Assembly: GCA_963674945.2 (NCBI GenBank)
Contig: CAXXWQ010000003.1
Span: 672,001 to 736,000 of the forward strand
Length of the DNA: 64,000 nucleotides
From: an uncultured Desulfosarcina sp.
Lineage (GTDB): Bacteria; Desulfobacterota; Desulfobacteria; Desulfobacterales; Desulfosarcinaceae
Reading direction: 5' to 3'
How positions within the stretch are numbered: the first letter of the stretch is position 1; each line of letters opens with the position of its first letter. The notes under the pieces are model-generated. The model ran no database searches, was not told where the DNA came from, and worked only from the letters and a program-made list of their open reading frames with translations. Position numbers and translations under genes: made by a program. Positions 19,517 to 30,106 of this stretch are shown here, in pieces.

Positions 19517-20440
19517 TTGGCAAAAAGTATAAAAGGACGGATTTTTAATATCCAAAGATACTCGCTGCATGACGGTACCGGGATCAGAACGCTTGTTTTC
19601 TTAAAAGGATGCCCGTTACGCTGCCTCTGGTGCAGCAATCCGGAGTCACAAAAGAGAACGCCGCAACTGGGATTCATCGAATCCCGCTGTGTGGGCGCCG
19701 ACCTTTGCGGTGGAGCATGTTTATCCGTGTGCCCTGTGGAGGGGCTGCATTTAAACAAAGAGGACAAACCGGTCATTGACCGGCAGGTATGCGATGCTTG
19801 CGGCCGATGTGCCAAAGTGTGCTATGAAGACGCACTCAAAGCCGTCGGTCATGATATGAGTGTCGATGAGGTAATCGCGGAAGTTGAGAAAGACAGACCT
19901 TTTTACCGGAGGTCGGGTGGAGGTGTCACCATTGGCGGTGGCGAACCGCTGCTGCAATACCGTTTCGCCGCTGCCCTTCTTGAAGCTGCCCATGGCGCCT
20001 ATTTGCATACCGCACTGGAAACCTGTGGTCATGCACCCTGGGAACACTTCGCGCCTGTGCTGGAACATGTGGACCTGTTGCATATTGACCTCAAACACAT
20101 GGACCCGGTCCGGCACAGGGAACTGACAGGTCAATCGAACGAACTGATCATCGCCAACGTAAAAAAAATCCCCTCGGTCAAGCCTCCTGAATCGGTAATT
20201 GTGAGATGCCCTGTTGTCCCGGGATGTAATGATTCGATGGAAAACATCAGGGACATGGCAAAGTTCGTGGTGAGTCTTGGATTCAAGCAGATTGAGCTTA
20301 TACCGTACCACAAAATGGGGCTTTCCAAATACGCGCAGTATGACATGGATTATCCGCTGCCGGCGTGTGAATCGCCATCGGCGTCCCATATGTCGCGTCT
20401 CAGAGAAATCGTTTCTACTGAGGGCGGAGAGAACATCTGA
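19517..20440 (+). CDS. Glycyl-radical enzyme activating protein (radical SAM with ferredoxin insert)
   Basis: HDGTGIRTLVFLKGCPLRCLWCSNPES, extra Cys clusters and GGGEP. Confidence 0.95.
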   Translation: MAKSIKGRIFNIQRYSLHDGTGIRTLVFLKGCPLRCLWCSNPESQKRTPQLGFIESRCVGADLCGGACLSVCPVEGLHLNKEDKPVIDRQVCDACGRCAKVCYEDALKAVGHDMSVDEVIAEVEKDRPFYRRSGGGVTIGGGEPLLQYRFAAALLEAAHGAYLHTALETCGHAPWEHFAPVLEHVDLLHIDLKHMDPVRHRELTGQSNELIIANVKKIPSVKPPESVIVRCPVVPGCNDSMENIRDMAKFVVSLGFKQIELIPYHKMGLSKYAQYDMDYPLPACESPSASHMSRLREIVSTEGGENI

Positions 20441-20548
20441 CCCAAAGCATTTTTATCAACGGGCCTTACGTGTTGTAGCTGATGCAGGTGGTTACGACTT
20501 GTGTAACTTCAGAAACGCAGCCGGCATTCACCGGCAACAAAGGAGGAA

Positions 20549-21370
20549 ATGATGTCCAAAGACCTTTTTGATCTTAGCGGCAAGGTGGCCATGATCACCG
20601 GTGGTAACGGCGGCATCGGGCTCGGTTTCGCCCGCGGTATTGCCAAGCAAGGCGGCAACATTGCGATCTGGGCGCGCAACGCCGAAAAGAATGCGGCGGC
20701 AAAAGCCGAGCTCGAGGCTTGTGGTGCGGGAAAAGTGCTTACCTATCAGGTGGATGTAACCTCAGAAGAGGCGATCATGAACGGCTATGAACAACTCATC
20801 GGTGATTTTGGCCGTATTGATTGTATTTTTGCCAACTCAGGCCGCTCGTCAAAATCTCGCTCCGTACTGACCCTGGATGCCCAAGAATGGCATGACCTGC
20901 TCAATGTCAACTTGCACGGTGCTTTCTTTACCCTCCGAGAGGGAGCCAAACAGATGGTTAAGCGGGCGGAAGCGGGCGAACCCGGCGGTTCGCTGGTTTA
21001 TTGCGGCAGCCTGTCCATGTTCCATGGCATCCCCGGCATTAATAACTACGCTGCCTCCAAGGCCGGTATGGGTGCGGTGGTTCGCGGCATGGCGGCAGAA
21101 TTGGGCAAGTATGAAATTCGCGTCAACACAATCGCGCCGGGGTATATCAAAACCGGTATTGGCCAGGGTGAAAATTCGGAAGAGATGGCCGAACTGATAA
21201 AACAAGTGGATGCGCATTTTTCAGCCAAGACACCGATCCATCGTGTCGGCGCCATAGAGGATTTTGAAGGCATCGGTGCCTATCTGTGCAGCGATGCCTC
21301 CTCTTTCCACACCGGTGATACCATTGTGATCGATGGTGGCAGCGCGATTTATCCACCCTATGCCTTCTAG
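20549..21370 (+). CDS. SDR-family oxidoreductase
   Basis: TGGNGGIG and YAASK motifs. Confidence 0.92.
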   Translation: MMSKDLFDLSGKVAMITGGNGGIGLGFARGIAKQGGNIAIWARNAEKNAAAKAELEACGAGKVLTYQVDVTSEEAIMNGYEQLIGDFGRIDCIFANSGRSSKSRSVLTLDAQEWHDLLNVNLHGAFFTLREGAKQMVKRAEAGEPGGSLVYCGSLSMFHGIPGINNYAASKAGMGAVVRGMAAELGKYEIRVNTIAPGYIKTGIGQGENSEEMAELIKQVDAHFSAKTPIHRVGAIEDFEGIGAYLCSDASSFHTGDTIVIDGGSAIYPPYAF

Positions 21371-21397
21371 ATCGTATCGATCCGGAAACAGATTCCG

Positions 21398-21432
21398 TAA
21401 ACGGGTCGCCCCCTTAAAAGGCGACCCGTTTA
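21398..21432. terminator. Probable bidirectional terminator between convergent genes
   Basis: TAAACGGGTCGCC / GGCGACCCGTTTA perfect 13-bp stem followed by TTTT. Confidence 0.8.
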
Positions 21433-21488
21433 TTTTCTCTGTATTGACCGGCTTATGCCATTGCACACTTGTCTTCAGCAACGGATAT

Positions 21489-23516
21489 TTAATTTTTAAG
21501 ATCGCCTCTAACCACCAGATCCGGCGGTCCCTTTAAACTCGCATAAATATTTCTTTTAACAAAAATCGGTTCACCGTTGCTATCCGGCAGTATTACATCA
21601 ACCGCTTTAAAATTTATGGTTTTGCTGCTGGTTCCGGCTTCTTGGGCCTGTTTTCGAACCAAGAAGGCAAGCTCTTTCCTGGCAAACCTGTCCGCGCCAT
21701 CGAGATCCGTGAACTTAGGGGCGCCGGAGACACCTTCCACTAAAAAAACACCTTTTTTATCGGGTATAATCTCAAGTTGTTTACGAATAAACACGTGGCT
21801 CGTAATTGCGCCGATCGCATTTGCGACATCGGCGTCTTTGGGAATGATGGCTTCCGTTTTAAAGGGGATGACAGCCTCTGGCAGAAAAAAGTGGATGGGA
21901 GCCCCAATACCGATCACCGGGTGATTGAAGTTAATCGCCACCTCATAATCCGGGTGCTGTTTATGGAAAAGATGAGAAATCAGGGTTTTGCATGCCCGGT
22001 TGTTATCGAGATCTGCCGGATCTACATCGCTTAGACGGTGTTTGAGCAACTCCAAAGAGAGTTTTTTCGTGCCCAGTTCCATGAGAGTATCGACCATCTC
22101 ATGCAGGGATTGGCCGGTAACGGTTGAATAAAAACCGGCGTATCGTTCTGCTGATTTGGTATCCCATTGCTCAAATAATCCCTTGATATGGAAAAGATCC
22201 GTAAATGTCAGTCCTGATCTTTGAATGATAAAATTTTCCTCAAGACGCCGCAAAGGCAATGACCATCCCTTCACACCTTTCACTGCCTGAATGAGCTCAC
22301 CGATGGAATAGGGCCGTTGTTCCAGCTTGGAGATAATTTGTTCTTCCAACGTCGTGAGTTGCAGAGACTTGACATCACCCGTCTTGACCAGCACCTGCAT
22401 ATTCTGGGTAGAGTGCGAATAGCGATGGAGATTATTGTTTAAGAATGTAAAGGCAGTATCTGTACCGGGATAATTCCGGCCGATCCAGGCAATGGGCGCA
22501 ACCCGTTTGGGACCGATGAGAAATTCTCTCTTTTCATAAAGGATCAGACTGTCACCTCCCAGTCCGGTGGTGCTGATGTCAAGGGCCTTGACATGGGTCC
22601 TGTGCGACCCGACATGAGCGCCTTTTTCATTCAGGTTGACCAGTCCAAAAGAGAGTGACGCGGCATCCGTCGTTGTCCCTCCCATATCCACGACCAGGGC
22701 ATCATCGAGGCCCGTCAGATGTTTGGCTCCCGCCAGGCTGGCCGCGGGCCCTGAGAGGATCGTTTCAATGGGACGCTCCCTTGCCATTTCCGTGCTCATA
22801 AGAGTGCCATCCCCTTTGACCACAACAATCGGCGCCGTAATGCCGTATCCGGCCATTATCGTTTCAAGATCCGAGAGAAGACTCATGAGCCTGGGGATTA
22901 TCCGTGCATTGAGCGCGGCAGTGGCCGCCCTTGTCTCTAAATTGAGGGTGTCGGATAATTCATGGCCGCAGCACACGAAAAGTCCGAACTCCTCCCGAAT
23001 AATTTTTTTCACCTGCAATTCATGCCGGGGATTAATGGCGCCTGCATAACCGGATACGGCAAATGCCGTCACATGATCGTTTTCCATCATTTGTCTGACT
23101 GCTGAACTCACTTCATCATGATTTACCGGCTCGTTCTCTTCTCCTGAGATGTCCATCTGTCCCCGAATGAGGGAATTGGGCTGGTATGTATTTTGTATCG
23201 TATCATCGATACCATAAGGCGTCATAAGAAGAAGTCCGACGTTTTGACCCTCATTCTCCACAATGGCGTTGGTGGCCAACGTCGTGGATAATGAGATCAG
23301 TTCTATCCGATGCAATAGATTTCGATCCAGCTTCTCCATGGCCCTTTTGATGCCGACGGTAAAATCCCATTTGGTGGTCAGGGATTTTGCCTTGCAAAGC
23401 GTTTCATTGTTTTCAAGATCATAGACAACGGCATCCGTATAGGTTCCGCCCGCATCAATGCCCAGACCGATTTTTATGGTTGTTCCGGATTCATCTTCTG
23501 AAGGACTCGTCTTCAC
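21489..23516 (-). CDS. Hydantoinase/oxoprolinase A-family protein
   Basis: GIDAGGTYTDA, STTLATNA, ETILSGPAAS, VDMGGTTTD and GLGGDS motifs. Confidence 0.9.
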   Translation of the reverse strand: MKTSPSEDESGTTIKIGLGIDAGGTYTDAVVYDLENNETLCKAKSLTTKWDFTVGIKRAMEKLDRNLLHRIELISLSTTLATNAIVENEGQNVGLLLMTPYGIDDTIQNTYQPNSLIRGQMDISGEENEPVNHDEVSSAVRQMMENDHVTAFAVSGYAGAINPRHELQVKKIIREEFGLFVCCGHELSDTLNLETRAATAALNARIIPRLMSLLSDLETIMAGYGITAPIVVVKGDGTLMSTEMARERPIETILSGPAASLAGAKHLTGLDDALVVDMGGTTTDAASLSFGLVNLNEKGAHVGSHRTHVKALDISTTGLGGDSLILYEKREFLIGPKRVAPIAWIGRNYPGTDTAFTFLNNNLHRYSHSTQNMQVLVKTGDVKSLQLTTLEEQIISKLEQRPYSIGELIQAVKGVKGWSLPLRRLEENFIIQRSGLTFTDLFHIKGLFEQWDTKSAERYAGFYSTVTGQSLHEMVDTLMELGTKKLSLELLKHRLSDVDPADLDNNRACKTLISHLFHKQHPDYEVAINFNHPVIGIGAPIHFFLPEAVIPFKTEAIIPKDADVANAIGAITSHVFIRKQLEIIPDKKGVFLVEGVSGAPKFTDLDGADRFARKELAFLVRKQAQEAGTSSKTINFKAVDVILPDSNGEPIFVKRNIYASLKGPPDLVVRGDLKN

Positions 23517-23755
23517 CTTTGAAATACCTTCCCTTTTCTGGCTGCCAGCGATTCTGCGTCATCAAGCTTTATCCAGGCATAGGAATAGCCGATTGAATCC
23601 ATTCATTCAATTTATTTCTTTGTTATTGGTCGAATCAAGGACGTTCCGATTTGGAAATGGTTGTCGGGATAATGTTTCCTGAGCCGTCATTGGATTCCGT
23701 AGAAGGCCTATCAAAGATAAGTAGACGCGACAGTGTACGGAAATGAAGCGCTATT

Positions 23756-24144
23756 TTCGTCACTTTTTTGACTCGCAAAACGATAAACAGCCTTCAACCA
23801 TAGCATTCATTTCTTTTTATTTGGTGTACACCATCCCATCCAGGAAATAATTGCCCATAAATCCTGTTATTTGGTGTAATACATTGTATTTCAATTGAAT
23901 TTAGGCATATAATTTGCTGTGATACCGCCGTATATTAGAATGAAAACGCGAATCGGCAACGAACATCGTATCATTACATCTGTAAATTACGGACAGAAAG
24001 CATCTGGATGTACAAAGACAAAACAATCGGCATCGTCATACCGGCACACAACGAATCGGCGCAAATCGGCTCGGTTTTTAAAACAATGCCGTCTTTCGTC
24101 GATAAAATCCTGGTGGTAGATGATTGTTCCACGGACAATACCGC
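23756..24144 (+). repeat. ~389-bp direct repeat, copy 1 (sigma54 promoter region plus 5' end of a GT2 gene)
   Basis: Near-identical to 29600-29988 (offset 5844). Confidence 0.95.
23902..23918 (+). promoter_or_regulatory. Putative sigma54 promoter
   Basis: TAGGCATATAATTTGCT (GG-N10-GC), preceded by repeated TTTGGTGTA motifs and an AT-rich tract. Confidence 0.6.
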
Positions 24145-25009
24145 TGAAACGGTTCGACAGTATCAGCTGGAAGATGAGCGGATTGTTCTGTTGCTACACG
24201 AAACCAATCAGGGATGCGGCGGGGCCTTGGCCACCGGCTATAAGTGGGCGCGGGACAATGGCATGGATGTCGCCGTGCGCATGGACGGAGACGGGCAGAT
24301 GAATCCGGCGGACCTGCCCGCCATCCTCGATCCCGTCGTGGAAGATCGGACAGACTACTGCAAGGGCAATCGGCTGTTTACCGGCGAAGCATTTCAGAAA
24401 ATCCCCCGGGTTCGCTATTTTGGCAACGCCTTTTTGTCCCTTTTGACCAAGATTGCGTCGGGATATTGGCACGTGGCCGATTTCCAGTCCGGATACACGG
24501 CAATCAACCGACACGCATTGGAAACCATCGATTGGGACCGGATGTACAAACGGTTCGGCCAGCCCAACGATCTGTTGATTCGGTTGAATGTATTCAACTT
24601 TCGGGTAACGGACGTTCCAGTGGAGCCCGTCTATAATGTCGGAGAAAAATCGGGGATGAAGATCGGAAAGGTAATCTTTACGATCAGCTGGCTATTGGTA
24701 AAAATGTTTTTCTGGCGAATGAAGGAGAAATACATCATCCGCGACTTTCACCCTCTGATTTTCTTTTATTCTCTCGGCGGCCTTTTTGGCCTGTTTACGA
24801 CTTTCCTGTTCATCAGGTTGTTTGTTATGTGGTTCATGCACGGGTACATCCCTCCGATCAATGCGCTGGCCGGAATGTTTGCATTCATGAGTGCCAGCTT
24901 TTTCATTCTGTTCGCCATGTGGTTTGATATGGAAACCAACCGGGAACTCAAGGGAATAAACAGGGGGCGACGGTTTTCAGACCGGGCCGGAAATGACAGA
25001 CAAAACTGA
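24008..25009 (+). CDS. GT2 glycosyltransferase (DPM1-like, C-terminal TM helices)
   Basis: VIPAHNE, VVDDCSTD, DGDGQM and DFQSGY motifs. Confidence 0.9.
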   Translation: MYKDKTIGIVIPAHNESAQIGSVFKTMPSFVDKILVVDDCSTDNTAETVRQYQLEDERIVLLLHETNQGCGGALATGYKWARDNGMDVAVRMDGDGQMNPADLPAILDPVVEDRTDYCKGNRLFTGEAFQKIPRVRYFGNAFLSLLTKIASGYWHVADFQSGYTAINRHALETIDWDRMYKRFGQPNDLLIRLNVFNFRVTDVPVEPVYNVGEKSGMKIGKVIFTISWLLVKMFFWRMKEKYIIRDFHPLIFFYSLGGLFGLFTTFLFIRLFVMWFMHGYIPPINALAGMFAFMSASFFILFAMWFDMETNRELKGINRGRRFSDRAGNDRQN

Positions 25010-25067
25010 CAAAAGGAAATCACGCTTTTGTATTTTGAGGCTCATCAACCAACCAGCGTTTTACTGG

Positions 25068-26942
25068 TTATTGCATCCTGAAAACACTATCCGGGTTGCC
25101 GAGATTGTTTCGCCATACGAAATAAATATAAATATTCCAGAGCCGGTGTGCATGATCACGGCGCCCCTCAACATGGGCTTTCAACATTGAGTGAATCGTT
25201 GAAAGATTCAGTGGTGACTCCTTTTCTCTCGCCAAAGCGTCCAGATGGTATGCGAGATCCTCCTTGAACCAGCGATGAATCGGAACGGAAAACCCTTGCT
25301 TTCGACGTTTCACAATCTTGGCGGGGAGCAAATCCGAGAAGGCTTCCTTAAGAATCCGTTTTCCGCTGAAACCTCGCCTGTGCCAATGCGGGGGGAGAGA
25401 GAAGGCATGCTCAATTACTCTCCGATCAAGGAAAGGGGCACGCGTTTCTAAAGAATACGCCATGCTGGCGCGGTCAACTTTGGCCATTATATCCTGAGGA
25501 AGATAGATCAACGCGTCGGTCGCCATCATGTTGAAGAAAGAACCGGCTTCGGTTTCTGTCGGCAGGCCTGGCGGGGCATGACCTTTACCAACCAATTCTG
25601 GCGCCAGCACCTGAAAATCCTTTGGGGAATACAACAAAGGTGCAATGTACGGCGTATTGGCCTGTTCTTGTTCTAAAAGATCGAGAAACAGATGTGCCTT
25701 TTTAAGAAAACTGCGACTATGATGTGACATTGGCTCTGGAAATAAATTGATCAAACCGCCGATATTCTTGCGCACGATTCGGGGAAGCCTTGAATACCAC
25801 CTCATCAGCACCCGGGCCTGATATCGTTGGTAGCCGCTGAACAATTCGTCTCCACCATCGCCGGATAGAACAACCTTAACATATTCCGACGCCAATTGAG
25901 ATATCATAGCGGTGGGTAAAAGAGATGAATCCGAGAACGGCTGCCCGGAATGGTCAAGAATCAGGGCTAAGAGTTCTTCCTTGTCCATCTTTTCCAGACG
26001 CTTCACAATATGATGGGTTTTGCACGTTTCTGCCATTAAATCAGCATAATTGGTCTCATCGAAGGAAGCGTCGGAAAACCCGATGGTAAAGGTTTTGGGC
26101 TGAACGCCCAATTCTTTTACGAGAACGGCGACAATCAGTGAGGAGTCAATACCACCGGAAAGAAAAGCGCCCACCTCCACATCGGCAACCAGACGACGTT
26201 TGACAGACTGGATGAACGTGTCCCGAAATATTTTTCGTGCCTGAAGCTTGGATCCGTTAAAACCGCCGATGGGGAGCGACCAGTAGGGTTTCTGCCGAAC
26301 ACCTTGATCCGGCGACCATTTTAGAATGTGGCCGGGCAGCACTTCGTGCACGTTTTGGTATGCGGTGGTTCCTGGAAGATAGTAGCCATACCGAAGATAA
26401 TCGGCGGTACTATCCAGGTCCTCGGTAAAGTGAATTGGGGATAGACACGCGAGAGCGCTCAACTCGGAAGCGCACGAAAAGAGCTGCTTTTCATGGTAAT
26501 AAAAAAGTGGCTTCTTTCCTATGCGGTCACGGGCGATGAAGAGATTTTCGTCTCGTTTATCCCAAAAGGCAAACGCCCACATCCCTTCCATTCGTTCGAG
26601 AAAGGATTCACCGTGGAGCACCAATCCCGCCAAAAGGACTTCCGTGTCCCCGCTGGTTCTGAAATCCCAAAAATGATGCAGCGATTCACGGAGTTCGTGA
26701 AAATTATACAATTCCCCGTTATACGACAGAACATAGCGGCCGGATGGGTCCGTCATCGGTTGCTGACTTCCGGAGAGATCGATGATGGAAAGGCGGGAAT
26801 GACCGATGACAACAGGCGGTTCGTGCCATACTCCGTTGTCATCGGGACCACGATGACGTATGCGCCGTATCGCATTTTGCGCGGAAACCAATTGTGCATT
26901 GCTGTCCGGGCTTTTTCGATATTGAAAAATTAATCCACACAT
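25068..26942 (-). CDS. asnB: Asparagine synthase-like glutamine amidotransferase (probably glycan amidation)
   Basis: N-terminal MCG, HRGPD, NGELYN, LSGGIDSS and SGDGGDELF motifs. Confidence 0.9.
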   Translation of the reverse strand: MCGLIFQYRKSPDSNAQLVSAQNAIRRIRHRGPDDNGVWHEPPVVIGHSRLSIIDLSGSQQPMTDPSGRYVLSYNGELYNFHELRESLHHFWDFRTSGDTEVLLAGLVLHGESFLERMEGMWAFAFWDKRDENLFIARDRIGKKPLFYYHEKQLFSCASELSALACLSPIHFTEDLDSTADYLRYGYYLPGTTAYQNVHEVLPGHILKWSPDQGVRQKPYWSLPIGGFNGSKLQARKIFRDTFIQSVKRRLVADVEVGAFLSGGIDSSLIVAVLVKELGVQPKTFTIGFSDASFDETNYADLMAETCKTHHIVKRLEKMDKEELLALILDHSGQPFSDSSLLPTAMISQLASEYVKVVLSGDGGDELFSGYQRYQARVLMRWYSRLPRIVRKNIGGLINLFPEPMSHHSRSFLKKAHLFLDLLEQEQANTPYIAPLLYSPKDFQVLAPELVGKGHAPPGLPTETEAGSFFNMMATDALIYLPQDIMAKVDRASMAYSLETRAPFLDRRVIEHAFSLPPHWHRRGFSGKRILKEAFSDLLPAKIVKRRKQGFSVPIHRWFKEDLAYHLDALAREKESPLNLSTIHSMLKAHVEGRRDHAHRLWNIYIYFVWRNNLGNPDSVFRMQ

Positions 26943-28166
26943 TTATTTGGCTGGATATTGGATTTGGTGGTATATTTCTGAGTAGCGAAGAGCGGCATGT
27001 TCCCACGTAAGACCATTTTGGATAATAAATTGTCTTCCGGCGTTTCCAAGTCGATTCCGCAGCACCGGATCTTGGGCAAGTTTTTTAATTTTTTCCGCCA
27101 ACTGGGCGGCATTACCAGGCTCGAATACCAATCCTGTTTTTCCTTCTTTTATCAATTCACGAGTCCCGTCAATATTACTAGCGATGACCGCAAGTCCGGT
27201 CGCCATGGCTTCAAGAACAACATTCGGACGTCCCTCACTGTAGCTGCTCAGAATCATGAAGTCAGAATTTGCTAAAAATTCTGGAATTTTCTGAGGCGCT
27301 ACCTCTTGCACGAAATGAATGTGTTCTGAGATATCCAGTTCATGTGTCAGGGATGATAGGTATTCTTTTTCCGGGCCGTCACCAACAATGTGCAAGAAGA
27401 TGTTTTCAAGATCGCCCAATTGTTTTAATGCGTATAATATGGTTTCGATTCCTTTCCGAGGAATGAGACTTCCGACGGTAATCATTTTTACCTTTTGGGT
27501 TCGGCTTCCCGATAGTCGTTTTTCTCCGATCCGTAAAAAGTCGCCGCCGACACCATTGGGGATCATGGCGAGCCGATGAGCCCGATGGGGATATTTTTTT
27601 GCGACAGTATCTTTAATGGCGTCACTTACCGTAATAATTTTTGTGTTTATTCGCAAACAGATCCGAAGCAAAAGATTATCCAGGGATGAATCCTGGCACC
27701 GTTGAATATCGAGCCCCCTTAAGGTGGTGATGACCGGCTTTCGGGTCAAAAGACCTGCAAAGCCCGCGATCACGCCGTTAATCGACCAGTTGGCATGGAT
27801 GACATCCGCCTTCCTGGAAAGTCTAAGGCAGGAGAAAAACATCGATAGAATAAAAAAAGGCAGCAAAAAAAACAGATGGGGATACTTTTTGAGGGAGACG
27901 ATGATTCCGCCAGGCTGATGGGCCAGTTTTTGCCAGGATTTGGGTGCGTATCGGAAACATTTCAACACATATTTGTCGGATCCACGATGATCTGGTTTCC
28001 GCGTATACGCCGGAGTAAGTACCGTCAAACCAAAGGAGTCCGGCAGTGACTCGATGAGACGCAAGATAAAAACCCCACTCACCGTATTGTCTGACAAGGG
28101 AAACGATGTGGTCAGCATTAATATGCGCAATCTTTTTGAAGGGTCCGATTCAAGATTTTGACTCAC
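26943..28166 (-). CDS. GT4 glycosyltransferase
   Basis: EGRPNVVLEAMATG motif. Confidence 0.9.
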   Translation of the reverse strand: MSQNLESDPSKRLRILMLTTSFPLSDNTVSGVFILRLIESLPDSFGLTVLTPAYTRKPDHRGSDKYVLKCFRYAPKSWQKLAHQPGGIIVSLKKYPHLFFLLPFFILSMFFSCLRLSRKADVIHANWSINGVIAGFAGLLTRKPVITTLRGLDIQRCQDSSLDNLLLRICLRINTKIITVSDAIKDTVAKKYPHRAHRLAMIPNGVGGDFLRIGEKRLSGSRTQKVKMITVGSLIPRKGIETILYALKQLGDLENIFLHIVGDGPEKEYLSSLTHELDISEHIHFVQEVAPQKIPEFLANSDFMILSSYSEGRPNVVLEAMATGLAVIASNIDGTRELIKEGKTGLVFEPGNAAQLAEKIKKLAQDPVLRNRLGNAGRQFIIQNGLTWEHAALRYSEIYHQIQYPAK

Positions 28167-28421
28167 TTTCCCCCCAATGTGATGAGCTTCGGGAACGCTC
28201 CTCGATACAGAAGATCTAAAATAAAATTGACAATATCAATCCATCAAAATTTGTGCAACCTCTTTAAAACGAAGCAAAAAAAACTTGCGAAAGCTGCGAT
28301 GACGTGATTACCTGAAAACAAAGTTGATATAATGAAATAATTCTTAAAGTATTTGAAAGTATTGATTGATTTGATTCGTGAAAAGATAAGACGCATTACA
28401 TATAACGATTGAAGAAATGAG

Positions 28422-29468
28422 ATGGTGCAACAGAAAAATTTCGAAAAAGCATCGATAAACAATATCGTCTGTTCCGTCTGCATCGCTAATTACAATGGTG
28501 AAGAATATCTCAGTGAATGCATTGATTCCGTTCTCAGCCAGGATATCGATTTCAACATTGAAATTATTGTTCATGATGATGCTTCCGATGACAATTCAGT
28601 TGAACTGGTTGAATCGACCTATCCCAGCGTTATCCTCATCAGGAGCCAGCAAAACAGGGGGTTTTGTGATAGCAACAACATTATGGTTGACACAGCCAGG
28701 GCAAAATTCATCCTTTTATTGAATAACGACGCCAAACTACATCCGAATGCGCTTAGAACTCTTTTCGAAGCATATACGCAACATGGTGAAGGAATTTACG
28801 GGTTAACCCAGTATCATTGGGAGACAAAGGCGCTGATCGATAATGGATCCGTATTCGATTATTTTCTGAATCCGATTCCCAATACCGATGTACAAAAAGA
28901 AGACGTCGGGATGATTATTGGGGCCTGCCTGTTTCTTTCTCGAGAACTATGGTATGAATTGGGAGGCTTTCCATCCTATTTTGGTTCCCTTTCTGAGGAT
29001 ATGTACATTTGTTTTCTCGCCAGATTGTGGGGATATCCAGTCAAGGCGTTGAATCGCTCAGGCTTTGACCATTGGGTGGGCAGAAGCCTGGGCGGAGGGA
29101 AAATCACTTCGAAACAATCACTTTCCACAACCCTGAATCGGCGGGCGAAGAGTGAGCGCAACAAAACGTTTGTCATGTTCATCTGTTTTCCTTCTTTTCT
29201 GATGTGGTTGTTCCTTCCGTTTCACCTCTTTCTGCTTTCAATCGAGGGAATTGCCCTCAGTCTTGTAAAATGGGAAAAACGTCTGTGGCGGGAAATTTAC
29301 CTGAATTGCCTAAGGGAGGTCTGGTGCCGTCGTCATCAATTGTACAGCCACCGACGAAAAATTCAAGCGAAACGAGACATTCCTGCGACAGAATTCTTTC
29401 GGAACTTTTCCTTATTTCCCCACAAGCTGCGAATGTTGATTCGACATGGTGTACCCGTCGTAAAATAG
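28422..29468 (+). CDS. GT2 glycosyltransferase
   Basis: IANYNG, HDDASDD, LLLNNDA and IGACL. Paralogous to 31038-32075. Confidence 0.9.
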   Translation: MVQQKNFEKASINNIVCSVCIANYNGEEYLSECIDSVLSQDIDFNIEIIVHDDASDDNSVELVESTYPSVILIRSQQNRGFCDSNNIMVDTARAKFILLLNNDAKLHPNALRTLFEAYTQHGEGIYGLTQYHWETKALIDNGSVFDYFLNPIPNTDVQKEDVGMIIGACLFLSRELWYELGGFPSYFGSLSEDMYICFLARLWGYPVKALNRSGFDHWVGRSLGGGKITSKQSLSTTLNRRAKSERNKTFVMFICFPSFLMWLFLPFHLFLLSIEGIALSLVKWEKRLWREIYLNCLREVWCRRHQLYSHRRKIQAKRDIPATEFFRNFSLFPHKLRMLIRHGVPVVK

Positions 29469-29599
29469 CCACGCGAAACTACAGAATCCGTTTTCCGCGT
29501 GCACCTCGCCCTACTGAAAACAAGGTCTTTGTCCGATTTGAAAATCGGCTGTCTTGATATTCTCTTCCACCCGTCAATTGTTACAGATTTTCTTGTCCG

Positions 29600-29988
29600 T
29601 TCGTCACTTTTTTGACTCGCAAAACGATAAACAGCCGTCAACCATAGCATTCATTCCTTTTTATTTGGTGTACAACAGTCAGTCCAGGAAATAATTGCCT
29701 ATAAATCCTGTTGTTTGGTGTAATACATTGTATTTCAATTGAATTTAGGCATATAATTTGCTGTGATACCGCCGTATATTAGAATGAAAACGCGAATCGG
29801 CAACGAACATCGTATCATTACATCTGTAAATTACGGACAGAAAGCATCTGGATGTACAAAGACAAAACAATCGGCATCGTCATACCGGCACACAACGAAT
29901 CGGCGCAAATCGGCTCGGTTTTTAAAACAATGCCGTCTTTCGTCAATAAAATCCTTGTGGTTGATGATTGTTCTACCGAAAATACCGC
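29600..29988 (+). repeat. ~389-bp direct repeat, copy 2
   Basis: Near-identical to 23756-24144. Includes the sigma54 motif at 29746-29762. Confidence 0.95.
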
Positions 29989-30106
29989 ACCGTCGATCTC
30001 AATTGGGCAATGGTTTCCCAAAGCCCATGGTCCAATCACATTGAGTCGGCATACGGAAGACTTTGTTAACCGGTACGATCATATCGATAAAAGGATGTCT
30101 CGGTAA
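29852..30106 (+). pseudogene. Truncated copy of the GT2 at 24008 (first ~46 codons, then unrelated tail)
   Basis: MYKDKTIGIVIPAHNESAQ... nearly identical start. Its stop overlaps the next ATG (TAATG). Confidence 0.85.

Noticed and set aside
27168..27181. Second match to the mini-array spacer seed (AATATTACTA)
   Set aside because: Only 10 nt, preceded by GTC rather than TTC, and inside a GT4 gene. A similar hit near 41597 is preceded by AAA. Both are likely chance matches.
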